The translations under genes and the position numbers were made by a program. From Acutalibacteraceae bacterium (lineage in GTDB: Bacteria > Bacillota > Clostridia > Oscillospirales > Acutalibacteraceae), in NCBI GenBank assembly GCA_050946835.1, contig JBMNVN010000004.1:72062-136061 (forward strand): a stretch of 64,000 nucleotides of DNA, given 5' to 3'. Shown in pieces: positions 1 through 9,301 of the stretch. The notes under the pieces are model-generated. The model was not told the DNA's origin and did not search any database. It saw only the letters and a program-made list of their open reading frames with translations. Positions within the stretch are counted from its first letter, which is position 1; every line of letters begins with the position of its first letter.

Positions 1-175
1 GACCGTCGGGCAAGCCGACATCCATTCCGGAGGCACCTATATAGGTCATCGGGTTTTCCGCCATAAGGCGGTCAAGATTGGGCTTTTTTGCCGCAAATAT
101 GGCATTGCCGTAACTGTCCGGATTATGGGCGAAACCGTCCATTATGCAAAGAAGAACCGGTCTTTGTCTGCTCAT
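1..175 (-). CDS. gpmI: 2,3-bisphosphoglycerate-independent phosphoglycerate mutase, N-terminal fragment (runs off window start)
   Basis: Reverse translation from the ATG at 175 gives MSRQRPVLLCIMDGFAHNPDSYGNAIFAAKKPNLDRLMAENPMTYIGASGMDVGLPDG. This matches the N-terminal region of cofactor-independent PGM. It lies directly downstream of pgk-tpiA, as in the classic glycolytic operon. Absent from the ORF track because it is truncated. Confidence 0.8.
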   Translation of the reverse strand, partial: MSRQRPVLLCIMDGFAHNPDSYGNAIFAAKKPNLDRLMAENPMTYIGASGMDVGLPDG

Positions 176-268
176 AAGTTAAATGATTTTCCTTTCAACC
201 CAGTGTTGTTTTATATTGTTAGTTTAAAGCAAACGGGCGGGACTTTTAAAAAGCCCCGTCCGTTCGGT

Positions 269-1036
269 TTATTGATTTACCGCATCGATAACGGCGGCAA
301 ATTTTTCCGCTGCGAGGGAGGCGCCCCCTATAAGCCCGCCGTCAATATCGGGCTGAGCCAAAAGTTCTTTCGCATTTTTCTCATTCATTGAACCGCCGTA
401 CTGAATGACGATTTTTTCCGCCGCCGTTGCGCCGTAAAGTTCGCCGACAAGGGCACGTATTATGGCGTTCACTTCATTTGCCTGCTCGGGTGTGGCGGTA
501 AGTCCGGTACCGATAGCCCAAACGGGTTCATAGGCAATTATGATGTTTGCCAATTCTTCTTCACTCACGCCTTTGAGTGCAAGTTTAGTCTGAGTGCGCA
601 CCACTTCCGCCGTGATGTTTTCAAGCCGTTCTTCTTTAAGCTCACCCACGCAGAGGATAACTTTAAGCCCCGCATTGAGAGCCGCCCTGACCCTGTCACG
701 AACGGTCAAATCAGTTTCGCCGAAATACTGACGGCGCTCGCTGTGGCCGATAATAACATAGGGCACGCCGACAGCCTTGAGCATATTTGCGGAGATTTCT
801 CCGGTAAAGGCGCCGCTTTCCGCCCAGTGGCAGTTTTGGGCTCCGACCGAAATATTGCTGCCTTTTGCGGCATCAAGCGCGGCATTGAGAGCCAGAAAAG
901 GAACACATACCACCACATCGCAAAGGGCATCTTTAACAAGGGGTTTGATTGCCTGAATCAGTTCAACCGCCTGCTCCGGGGTGTTATTCATTTTCCAGTT
1001 ACCGGCTATAACCGGCTTGCGAAGAGCTTTATTCAT
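269..1036 (-). CDS. tpiA: triosephosphate isomerase
   Basis: 255 aa. Motifs seen: PVIAGNWKMN, IIGHSERR, AYEPVWAIGTG and the GGASL C-terminal motif. Confidence 0.95.
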   Translation of the reverse strand: MNKALRKPVIAGNWKMNNTPEQAVELIQAIKPLVKDALCDVVVCVPFLALNAALDAAKGSNISVGAQNCHWAESGAFTGEISANMLKAVGVPYVIIGHSERRQYFGETDLTVRDRVRAALNAGLKVILCVGELKEERLENITAEVVRTQTKLALKGVSEEELANIIIAYEPVWAIGTGLTATPEQANEVNAIIRALVGELYGATAAEKIVIQYGGSMNEKNAKELLAQPDIDGGLIGGASLAAEKFAAVIDAVNQ

Positions 1037-1096
1037 ATCAATTCTCCTGTAAATATTCTTTAATCAAATTGAGCAAATGCGGGTTTGCAAGCTTAA

Positions 1097-2290
1097 TTAT
1101 TTGTCGTTAAGGGCCGCAATACCCGGCAGTTCAATGCCTTCCATAAACTCCAGAGAAGCTCCGCCGCCCGTGGAGATATGGGACATTTTATCCGCAAAAC
1201 CGAGTTTTTGAACCGCCGCCACGGAGTCCCCGCCGCCGATTATGGACACAGCGCCCGAGTCGGCCACGGCCTTAGCCACGGCGATAGTGCCTGCGGCAAA
1301 ATTATCCCACTCGGAAACGCCCATAGGCCCGTTCCAGATAACCGTGCCGCTGCCCTTGATGGCCTCGGCAAAAAGTTTTTGCGTTTCGGGGCCGATGTCA
1401 AGGCCCATCCAGCCTTCGGGGATGGAATCGGAATTAACAATCATACTTTCGGCATCGGCGGCATATGCGTTTGCCACTTTATTATCCACAGGCAGTAAAA
1501 GTCTGACGCCCTTCGCCTTTGCTTTTTCTTCCATTTCGGTCGCCAGAGGAATTTTGTCCGTTTCGCAAAGGGAGGTTCCGACACCGTAACCCCGTGCGGC
1601 AAAGAAGGTGTAAGCCATACCGCCGCCGATTATCAGGGTATCGACTTTATCAATCAGGTTGTTGATAACGCCGATTTTGTCCGAAACCTTGGCACCGCCT
1701 AAAATAGCCGTGAAAGGACGTTTGGGGTCGGAAAGCGCCGTGCCGATGTACTTAATCTCTTTTTCAATAAGATAGCCGCTTACCGCAGGCAGATAATCCG
1801 CAACACCGGCGGTGGAGGCATGAGCCCTGTGGGCTGAACCGAAGGCATCGTTTACATAGACTTCCGCCAAATCAGCCAGAACCTTGGCAAACTCGGGGTC
1901 GTTTTTGGTCTCTTTTTTGTCAAAGCGAACATTTTCGAGCAGAAGAACTTCCCCGTCTTTAAGACCGGCGGCGAGGGTTTTTGCACTCTCCCCTACGGTA
2001 TCTTTTGCCATTTTAACCTCTTGACCGAGGAGTTTGGCCAAATACTCAGCCACGGGCGCCAGAGAAAAAGCCTCTTCAAAGCCCGTACCGGCAGGACGCC
2101 CCAAGTGGGAGCACAAAATGAGCTTTGCGCCTTTGCCAAGCAGATATTTTATTGTAGGCAGGGAGGCCACAATGCGCTCGTCGCTGGTGATAACACCGTC
2201 TTTTATGGGAACATTAAAGTCACAGCGCACCAAAACCCTTTTACCGGTTACATCAATGTCTTCAACATTCTTTTTGTTTAGAGTATTCAT
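1097..2290 (-). CDS. pgk: phosphoglycerate kinase
   Basis: 397 aa. Motifs seen: [16 protein letters not shown], and GGGDS...STGGGASLE at the C-terminus. Confidence 0.95.
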   Translation of the reverse strand: MNTLNKKNVEDIDVTGKRVLVRCDFNVPIKDGVITSDERIVASLPTIKYLLGKGAKLILCSHLGRPAGTGFEEAFSLAPVAEYLAKLLGQEVKMAKDTVGESAKTLAAGLKDGEVLLLENVRFDKKETKNDPEFAKVLADLAEVYVNDAFGSAHRAHASTAGVADYLPAVSGYLIEKEIKYIGTALSDPKRPFTAILGGAKVSDKIGVINNLIDKVDTLIIGGGMAYTFFAARGYGVGTSLCETDKIPLATEMEEKAKAKGVRLLLPVDNKVANAYAADAESMIVNSDSIPEGWMGLDIGPETQKLFAEAIKGSGTVIWNGPMGVSEWDNFAAGTIAVAKAVADSGAVSIIGGGDSVAAVQKLGFADKMSHISTGGGASLEFMEGIELPGIAALNDK

Positions 2291-2523
2291 ATTTTCTCTC
2301 CGTTTCTTTTATGGTTTAAATTTTGAATCTGCGATTTTTAAAATTATATCTTAAACTTCCGTCTTATACAAGCGGTTGAGGTTAAAAAACGCCGCCGTGT
2401 TGTAAAAAATTATAGGGCGTGTTATACTTTCCGCAGTTTTAAGCGGACTGTTTTTTAACTTGAGCGGAAGATTAAATGCCCTGATAAAACTTTCGACTTG
2501 CGGCCGGAATTGGAGCTGAACAA

Positions 2524-3516
2524 ATGAAACGCATCAAAATAATTACGGCAGTACTGACGGTTATTCTTATCACCCTCATTTGCGCCTGTGAAAAGAAGCC
2601 CTCAGTTGCCCTTACAATCTCCGGCGCCGAGGTGCCGGTTGAAGTTTTTGCCTATTATCTGGACTGCGCCATTAACTCTCCGGACCGTTACGGTCTGCCC
2701 TCAGATGTTGATATTGATACCGCCCGGGATAAGGCGGCGGAACTCTGCGCCGGTTATGTAGCGGCCAACACATTAGCTGCGGAACATAACCTTAAAATTA
2801 CGGCGGAGCATAAACGCATTATTTCCGACAGGGTCAGCGTGTTGTGGAATTTAAATTATGTTAAATATGAGACCGTGGGCATTACCAAAGATGCCCTGAC
2901 TAAAATTGAAACCGCCGCTGAAATCCGAGATGTGCTTTTGCTTTATTACTACGGGCCCGAAGGCAAAACTCCCGTTTCTCAGGAGGAAATCAGAGCGTAT
3001 TATGAGAAAAACTTTATCTCTTTCATCGCTATAAACGGCTACCTGAGCACAACGGACGAGGAGGGTAAAGCCGTAAACCTGTCTGAAGAGGAAAAGCGGT
3101 TGGCGGCAAGCCGGTTTGAAACCATGCGGGTGCGCGCCCTTGACGGGGAAAGTTTTGAGGAGTTGAGCGCCTGGCTTTCGGCGCAGTTGGAAATTTCCAT
3201 CCCCGTGCCGGTTGTGCGTACGGTTGAAAAAGACAATATGGCCTACCCCGCCGAGTTTGTGCAGGCTTTGGAAGAAATGGGTCCGGGCACCCCTACCGTT
3301 ATCACCGTGGAACCTTATATTTTCCTCGTCCAAAAAGAAGAACCGGATTTTGAAGGGGAAGAATTCCAAACCCGCCAGTCATCTTTCCTCTATGCCATAA
3401 AAGGTGAAGAAATTGACAGTATGCTGAAAACCGAAGCCGAACGTTATGAGATTGTTTCAAATGAAGACAATATTGCCGATATAATTAAAAAGGCTCAGAA
3501 GTTCCGGGAGAAATAA
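2524..3516 (+). CDS. hypothetical lipoprotein
   Basis: 330 aa. The N-terminal signal peptide has a lipobox-like LICAC. No catalytic motif recognised. Confidence 0.6.
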   Translation: MKRIKIITAVLTVILITLICACEKKPSVALTISGAEVPVEVFAYYLDCAINSPDRYGLPSDVDIDTARDKAAELCAGYVAANTLAAEHNLKITAEHKRIISDRVSVLWNLNYVKYETVGITKDALTKIETAAEIRDVLLLYYYGPEGKTPVSQEEIRAYYEKNFISFIAINGYLSTTDEEGKAVNLSEEEKRLAASRFETMRVRALDGESFEELSAWLSAQLEISIPVPVVRTVEKDNMAYPAEFVQALEEMGPGTPTVITVEPYIFLVQKEEPDFEGEEFQTRQSSFLYAIKGEEIDSMLKTEAERYEIVSNEDNIADIIKKAQKFREK

Positions 3517-3540
3517 ATAACGGAACAACAGAACTATATA

Positions 3541-3574
3541 CAGCCCCCTACTGCAGTTATGCATGTGGGGGCTG
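3541..3574. terminator. stem-loop between convergent genes
   Basis: cagccccc (3541-3548) pairs with gggggctg (3567-3574). It lies between the stop at 3516 (+) and the stop at 3587 (-). The U-run is weak. Confidence 0.4.
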
Positions 3575-3586
3575 TCGCCGTAATTT

Positions 3587-4540
3587 TCACCAAACTGTTT
3601 CGCATTTCCGTTCTATGCATATCCCGTCTTCTTTGGGGTATAAAAAGCTTAGATATTCGTCACCCTTTTTGTAGGTTTCTATCTGTTTAGAACCCGAGAT
3701 ACTCTCAGTTCCCACAATTATATACTCAGTGCCTTTTTGCACGGTAAATTGTTCGGGTAAATTGCCATGATTAAATTCCGTTCTCATGAGTTCTTTACTG
3801 TTTTTATCAAATTGAACCAATGTAAAACTCTTAGGTTTTTCCATGCCGGAAAAGTTTATTTCGATATTTATTTCCCGTACTTTCTCTTCATTAGCGTCAC
3901 TTATGTTTTTTTCCTCTGTCAATATTGACTTGCATCTGAACGAACTACCCGGCCCGTCAACTCCCTCGGGTGTCATGCCGGTTCCCCGCAAGGCAAATAC
4001 TTTCCCCTCAGCATTTTGATACACGGGGTTGGAATAAAATACGGAGTCTGAACGCTCATTCAAAAAATTGACAGTCCCTCTCATAGCAACTTTTTCACCG
4101 TTGTCATCCAAGTCTTTTGCAATACTGACTTGACTTATCTCTTCATCGACTATTAGTGACTTATACCCGGAATCCCCGTCACCTATCTTAACCTCCATCA
4201 TCCTATATCCTTCGATGCCTTCAAATATATATTCTTTACTCATAGATTCTTCTCCGGCTTCATCTGTCAGCCTTTTATCCACAAGTTCGGCATAAAGCCT
4301 GTCTTCACATTTTTCGGCAGTTTTTTTTAGATATGAATCAATCTCGGAAAAAACAGGGCGTTCCCTCGTTATAAAAACCCCTACCAACCGTGCATTTTCA
4401 AGTTCATTATCGGAATCTGAAAATGTCACAATGTTAAAAAAGCCCAAGACAAAAGAAACAATCAAAATTACAGGTACAAGCAATGAAATAAAAACAGATT
4501 TTTTATTCTTCATTTTCATCAATCTCCCAATTACCGTCAA
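3587..4540 (-). CDS. membrane-anchored hypothetical protein, third gene of the DUF2975-like/HTH operon
   Basis: 317-aa ORF with a single N-terminal TM (VFISLLVPVILIVSFVLGFF). The start is more likely the ATG at 4519 or 4513, which overlaps the end of the upstream HTH gene. Confidence 0.6.
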   Translation of the reverse strand: MTVIGRLMKMKNKKSVFISLLVPVILIVSFVLGFFNIVTFSDSDNELENARLVGVFITRERPVFSEIDSYLKKTAEKCEDRLYAELVDKRLTDEAGEESMSKEYIFEGIEGYRMMEVKIGDGDSGYKSLIVDEEISQVSIAKDLDDNGEKVAMRGTVNFLNERSDSVFYSNPVYQNAEGKVFALRGTGMTPEGVDGPGSSFRCKSILTEEKNISDANEEKVREINIEINFSGMEKPKSFTLVQFDKNSKELMRTEFNHGNLPEQFTVQKGTEYIIVGTESISGSKQIETYKKGDEYLSFLYPKEDGICIERKCETVW

Positions 4541-4733
4541 ATTTCAGAATGTCGCCGACATTGCAATCCAAGTAATAGCAAATACTGTTTAGCGTAGCTA
4601 ACCGAACGCCCTTTGCCTTGCCGCTTCTCAAAATAGAAAGATTCGCTTCGGTTATTCCGATTAGGCCGGCAAGTTCCTTTGAAGTCATATTCCGCTTTTT
4701 AAGCACTTCTTCAAGATGTATTTTTATTGCCAT
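4503..4733 (-). CDS. XRE/Cro-C1 family helix-turn-helix transcriptional regulator (YozG-like)
   Basis: 76 aa. The HTH core is LKKRNMTSKELAGLIGITEANLSILRSGKAKGVRLATLNSICYYLDCNVGDIL. Confidence 0.85.
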   Translation of the reverse strand: MAIKIHLEEVLKKRNMTSKELAGLIGITEANLSILRSGKAKGVRLATLNSICYYLDCNVGDILKFDGNWEIDENEE

Positions 4734-4745
4734 AATGCACCTCTT

Positions 4746-5681
4746 TTATACAAACAGGTCATTTTCATCTTTGAGCCTCTTGTTTTCGATAATAAGTCTT
4801 GAAAACAGGAGTACAAGCAAAACAAAAAATATGCTGAACAAAGGAACTTCAACACTTGTATCAACATCTTTCAGTTTGCTCATAAAAACAATTTGAAGTA
4901 GATTGTAGACGGGGTGTACACAAGTCGAAACTATAAGCGCAATAGCGCTCTTTTTGCTCAAGCCCTCCGCATCCGCAATTATGCGGTCGGTGTCTTCTTT
5001 TTCAAACGCCCCTATCAAATTCAAAACAGCAATGACAACCACAATATTCATTATGTACGGAATAACCTTGACGGAATATTTCAGCGCATGAAAAATGTAT
5101 TGAACAACTGTACCCTCAGCCACAATATTTGACATTAAATCCGATACAGGCAGCAAAGCGGCCGCTACGATTACTATACAAAGTGCGTAACTCAATGTTT
5201 TGAGATATGACAAGAGCTGTTTTGTGTTTCCCGCCTTAAAAAGGTGAAGCAGTCTTATAACAATGAATAATAAAAGTGATGACCGGACGCTTGCGGCAAG
5301 CACGGCATTAAACAGCTTAATATGTTTAGCCCCCAAAAATAAGTTTGCGCGGGCTAAGTTCAGCGGATTTGCCATGCCTGCCAGTGCGATAAAAAGGGCA
5401 AGCGACACTATGAACAGCGATATCCTTTCTGAACTTGAAACTTTTTTAGAATTTATTGCATAAACAGCAGGAATAATGGAAAGTGCTGACCAAAGCATGA
5501 CGGAAATCGCATTGCCAAATCTTCCCGTTTGTGATAAATATTTCAGCATCAACGCTATTTGTTCAAAGGGGAAAGTAAGTACTGATGAAAAAAAGGCGGG
5601 AAAACTCTCCTTGAAAAACATTAAAGCAATTATGACAACGGCTTCCGCCCCCAGAACTAAGTAAAGCTTTTTGTGTTTCAT
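4746..5681 (-). CDS. multi-pass membrane protein (DUF2975-like, usual partner of YozG-type regulators)
   Basis: 311 aa with several hydrophobic helices. It sits immediately upstream of the small HTH gene, which is the recurrent Firmicute arrangement. The family assignment is from memory. Confidence 0.65.
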   Translation of the reverse strand: MKHKKLYLVLGAEAVVIIALMFFKESFPAFFSSVLTFPFEQIALMLKYLSQTGRFGNAISVMLWSALSIIPAVYAINSKKVSSSERISLFIVSLALFIALAGMANPLNLARANLFLGAKHIKLFNAVLAASVRSSLLLFIVIRLLHLFKAGNTKQLLSYLKTLSYALCIVIVAAALLPVSDLMSNIVAEGTVVQYIFHALKYSVKVIPYIMNIVVVIAVLNLIGAFEKEDTDRIIADAEGLSKKSAIALIVSTCVHPVYNLLQIVFMSKLKDVDTSVEVPLFSIFFVLLVLLFSRLIIENKRLKDENDLFV

Positions 5682-5848
5682 ATAACCACCTCAAAATTAT
5701 TGTGTTTCGATAATTTTATTAAATTATATCCCCGAAATTATCGTTTGTCAATAATTTTCTGTGACAGATTACATTCAAAGCGCCAAAACAGAATCACCAA
5801 AAACAAATCGAATTTTTTCGGCTCTGAAATACACTGTTCCGGACTTTT

Positions 5849-5891
5849 CAATGTTTTGCTTTTCTATCCACAATGTTTTGCTTTTCTATCC
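5849..5891 (+). repeat. tandem direct repeat, 2 x 21 nt at 22-nt period
   Basis: caatgttttgcttttctatcc occurs at 5849-5869 and again at 5871-5891. It lies in the divergent intergenic region just upstream of the putative ddl promoter. Confidence 0.85.
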
Positions 5892-5899
5892 CCAACTCA

Positions 5900-5928
5900 T
5901 TGACTGAAAAGCTCCTTTCTGTTAGTAT
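5900..5928 (+). promoter_or_regulatory. sigma-A-type promoter candidate for ddl
   Basis: TTGACT (5900-5905), a 17-nt spacer, then TAGTAT (5923-5928), about 30 nt upstream of the ddl start. Confidence 0.5.
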
Positions 5929-5959
5929 TTTATTCTAATATATTTATGTTTAAAAGAGG

Positions 5960-7042
5960 GTGATTCCGATTAAAACTGTTTTAGTAATTTTCGGCGGCGT
6001 TTCCAGCGAGCATGATGTATCTCTTGTTTCCGCCAGCTCGGTTATTGAAAACATCCCCAAAGATAAGTACAACGTTTTATCCTTAGGCATAACAAAAGAC
6101 GGGCGCTGGCTCTTTTACACCGGCGAGCCCGATAAACTCCCTGACGGGCGTTGGCTTGAGGATGAGGCTTTGCTTACTCCCGCCGTTTTTTCGCCGGACT
6201 CCGTAAGCGGCGGCCTGATTCTTTTGGAAAACGGCACCGCAAGACCGATAAAGGTTGATGCGGTTTTCCCCGTGCTCCACGGTAAAAACGGCGAGGACGG
6301 CACAATGCAGGGACTGTTGGAACTTTCGGGCGTCCCCTTTGTGGGCTGCCCAACCCTTGCCAGCGCCCTGTGCATGGACAAAGCGGTTGCAAACGCCGTT
6401 GCCGATGCTCATAACATAACTCAGGCAAAGTGGCTCGGGTTTACCAAATATGAATATACAAAAAATGCAAACGCTCTGCTGAATAACGCCGTTGCAAAAC
6501 TGGGTTTGCCCATTTTTGTAAAACCCGCAAACACGGGTTCCTCCGTAGGTGTCAGTAAGGCAAAGACCGCACAGGAACTGGTCACGGCGGTTGAACTTGC
6601 CTTTAATTTTGACAAAAAAGTTGTGCTGGAAGAAGCTGTTGACGGCATGGAAGTGGAGTGCGCGGTTTTGGGCAATGACGAAACCCTCGCCTCCGTGCCG
6701 GGGGAAGTGGTTCCCTGCCATGAGTTTTATGACTATGACGCAAAGTATATTACCGGCACAAGCCAACTGTATATCCCCGCCCGCCTGACCGAAGAAAAGC
6801 TCAAAGAGGTTCAAAACAGGGCGGCGGAAGTCTATAAGGCTCTTGATTGCCGCGGGCTTGCACGAGTTGATTTTTTTGTGCGAAAAAATGACGGCGCGGT
6901 ACTGCTCAATGAGGTCAACACCATACCCGGTTTTACCAGCATAAGCATGTACCCCAAGATGTTTGAAGCCTCGGGTATTCCTTACCCGGAACTCTTGGAT
7001 CGTTTAATACAACTGGCTTTTCTGGCCAACGAAAACTCCTGA
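5960..7042 (+). CDS. ddl: D-alanine--D-alanine ligase
   Basis: 360 aa. Motifs seen: VIFGGVSSEHDVSLVSA, PVLHGKNGEDGTMQGLLE, and the ATP-grasp motif EVNTIPGFT. The GTG at 5960 directly abuts the AGAGG ribosome-binding site, so the exact start is uncertain. Confidence 0.92.
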   Translation: MIPIKTVLVIFGGVSSEHDVSLVSASSVIENIPKDKYNVLSLGITKDGRWLFYTGEPDKLPDGRWLEDEALLTPAVFSPDSVSGGLILLENGTARPIKVDAVFPVLHGKNGEDGTMQGLLELSGVPFVGCPTLASALCMDKAVANAVADAHNITQAKWLGFTKYEYTKNANALLNNAVAKLGLPIFVKPANTGSSVGVSKAKTAQELVTAVELAFNFDKKVVLEEAVDGMEVECAVLGNDETLASVPGEVVPCHEFYDYDAKYITGTSQLYIPARLTEEKLKEVQNRAAEVYKALDCRGLARVDFFVRKNDGAVLLNEVNTIPGFTSISMYPKMFEASGIPYPELLDRLIQLAFLANENS

Positions 7043-7058
7043 AGAAAGGTAGAACATT

Positions 7059-7511
7059 GTGGCTGAAAATACAGACAAGCAAGTGATAATCAGCATAACG
7101 GACAGCCATGAAACCGATGGCGAAAACTCCATGTCGGAACTGATAACCGTGGGTACAATGAGGGGCGGCGGCGAAAATTATTCCCTTACCTATAACGAAC
7201 AGGATGAAGCGCTTTCAGGCAGCGTTACAACAATCCAAGTGGAGGGGAATAAGTGCATCACAATGACCCGAACCGGGGATATGAGCGCCGAAATGATTAT
7301 CGAAAAAGACAAGCGGCACAACTGCCACTATATAACCCCGCACGGGGATTTTATGATGGGCGTTTTTGCCAGAGAAATAAACTCTAAAATGGGCGATAAC
7401 GGCGGAGAGCTGAAGTTTGAATACACCATCGACTTTAACACCGGTTTCGTGTCCGTCAACACCCTGAAAGTCACCGTTAAGGAGGCAAAGGGCCATGTCC
7501 CTCTTAGTTAA
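7059..7511 (+). CDS. DUF1934 domain protein (YwiB-like)
   Basis: 150 aa with a GTG start. It overlaps the argS start, which is the conserved Firmicute DUF1934-argS pairing. The family call is from memory. Confidence 0.7.
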   Translation: MAENTDKQVIISITDSHETDGENSMSELITVGTMRGGGENYSLTYNEQDEALSGSVTTIQVEGNKCITMTRTGDMSAEMIIEKDKRHNCHYITPHGDFMMGVFAREINSKMGDNGGELKFEYTIDFNTGFVSVNTLKVTVKEAKGHVPLS

Positions 7512-9240
7512 AACCGTTCAAAAAGAAATTCGTCAGGCAATTCTGGACGCTGCGGGAAGAGCCGTAGCGGCGGGGGAGTTGCCGGCGCAGCCGCTGAATG
7601 ATTTTGTAATCGAAGTTCCCGCCAACAGGGCAAACGGGGATTTTTCCGCCAATGCCGCCATGGCCTGGGCAAGGGATTTAAAAAGCGCGCCGAGAAAAAT
7701 TGCGGAACTTCTCGGCTCCCATATGGACTTATCCGAGAGCTATTTTGAGCGTTTTGAAGTGGCGGGGCCGGGCTTTATGAACTTTTACCTTGCCCCCTCT
7801 TTTTATGCGGATGTGCTTTTGGATATCCTTGACAAGGGCGGCAGATACGGCCGCTCGGATTTTGGCGGCGGCAAAAAAATCAATGTGGAATTTGTTTCCG
7901 CCAACCCCACCGGCCCCATGCACATGGGCAACGCCCGGGGCGGCGCCCTCGGGGACTGTCTTGCAGCGGTTATGGAGTATGCCGGTTTTGACGTATGCCG
8001 TGAGTTTTATGTAAACGATGCGGGCAATCAGATTGAAAAATTTGCCCTTTCTTTGGACATAAGGTACCAACAGATTTTTAAAGGCGACGATGCCCCCGAA
8101 CTGCCCGAGGACAGTTACCACGGGGAGGATATCCGCCAACGGGCGGAAGAGTTTGCCGCCATTCACGGCGACAGCTTCATAAATACAGCCGAAGATAAAC
8201 GCCGTCAGGCCTTAACGGATTTTGCCCTGCCCCGAAACCTTGACGATATGCGCAAAAATCTGGCCAAGTACCGCATAGAGTATGATGTTTGGTTCAGGGA
8301 AAGCAGTCTTTACCAAAACGGGGAGTTGGAAGAAACCCTTAACCTGATGAAAGAACGGGGCCTGACTTACGAAAAAGACGGCGCCCTCTGGTACAAAAAC
8401 GGTGAGATTTTAGCCGAAAAGCTCAAAAGCGAAGGTAAAACTCCGGAAGAAATTGAAAAGCTTGACCTCAAAGACGAGGTGCTAATACGCGCCAACGGCA
8501 ACCCGACCTATTTTGCCGCCGATATAGCCTACCACCGCAACAAGCTCGCCGTTCGGGGCTTTGACACGGCCATCAACGTTTGGGGCGCCGACCACCACGG
8601 GCATGTGGCAAGGATGAAAGGCGCTCTTGACGCCATAGGGGAAGACGGCTCCCGCCTGGATATTATCCTTATGCAGTTGGTGCGCCTTACAAGCGGCGGG
8701 GAAGCGGTGCGCATGTCCAAGCGCACGGGCAAAGCCATAACCCTTGTGGATTTGCTGGAAGAAATCCCCATTGACGCCGTGCGTTTTTGGTTTAATCTGC
8801 GGGAACCCGCCTCCCAAATGGAGTTTGACTTGGACCTGGCCGTGGAACAAAGCGCCAAAAATCCCGTCTATTACTGCCAATACGCTCACGCCCGCATTTG
8901 CAGCATACTTAAAAAGCTGGCGGAAGAGGGCAAGAATCCCAGAGAATGTTCCCGCAAAGAGCTGGAGCTGCTTTCTTCCGATGAGGAAAAAGAGCTGATA
9001 ACCCATCTTTCAGCCCTCACGCAGGAAATTGTTTCCGCCGCCTCAAATTACGACCCCGCCCGCATTACCCGTTACGCAATAGAACTCGCCACCCTTTTCC
9101 ACAAGTTCTACAACTCCCACCGGGTCAACTGCGATGATGAACCTTTAATGCAGGCCCGTATTACCCTTTGCCTTTGCGTTAAGGCGGTACTGTTTAATGT
9201 TCTTACCATGCTTAAAATAACCGTACCGGATTCCATGTAA
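7495..9240 (+). CDS. argS: arginine--tRNA ligase
   Basis: 581 aa. Class I HIGH-type motif SANPTGPMHMGNARG, an MSKRTG (KMSKS-like) motif, and a DALR anticodon-binding C-terminus. Confidence 0.95.
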   Translation: MSLLVKTVQKEIRQAILDAAGRAVAAGELPAQPLNDFVIEVPANRANGDFSANAAMAWARDLKSAPRKIAELLGSHMDLSESYFERFEVAGPGFMNFYLAPSFYADVLLDILDKGGRYGRSDFGGGKKINVEFVSANPTGPMHMGNARGGALGDCLAAVMEYAGFDVCREFYVNDAGNQIEKFALSLDIRYQQIFKGDDAPELPEDSYHGEDIRQRAEEFAAIHGDSFINTAEDKRRQALTDFALPRNLDDMRKNLAKYRIEYDVWFRESSLYQNGELEETLNLMKERGLTYEKDGALWYKNGEILAEKLKSEGKTPEEIEKLDLKDEVLIRANGNPTYFAADIAYHRNKLAVRGFDTAINVWGADHHGHVARMKGALDAIGEDGSRLDIILMQLVRLTSGGEAVRMSKRTGKAITLVDLLEEIPIDAVRFWFNLREPASQMEFDLDLAVEQSAKNPVYYCQYAHARICSILKKLAEEGKNPRECSRKELELLSSDEEKELITHLSALTQEIVSAASNYDPARITRYAIELATLFHKFYNSHRVNCDDEPLMQARITLCLCVKAVLFNVLTMLKITVPDSM

Positions 9241-9301
9241 GGCTTATCCGTTTTTTAAGACGGACTTGATTTTCGTATAAATCCCGAACCGGAGGTATTC
9301 C

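Noticed and set aside
125-391. 88-aa plus-strand ORF spanning the gpmI-tpiA junction.
   Set aside because: It is antisense to two well-supported glycolytic genes and has no ribosome-binding site. It is a typical shadow ORF.
1482-1490. Exact DnaA-box 9-mer (ttatccaca).
   Set aside because: It is a single copy inside the pgk coding sequence with no clustered boxes or AT-rich unwinding element. It is not an origin.
6083-6814. 243-aa minus-strand ORF, and several shorter ones, inside ddl.
   Set aside because: They are antisense to a confidently identified Ddl gene, have low-complexity composition and no recognisable family.
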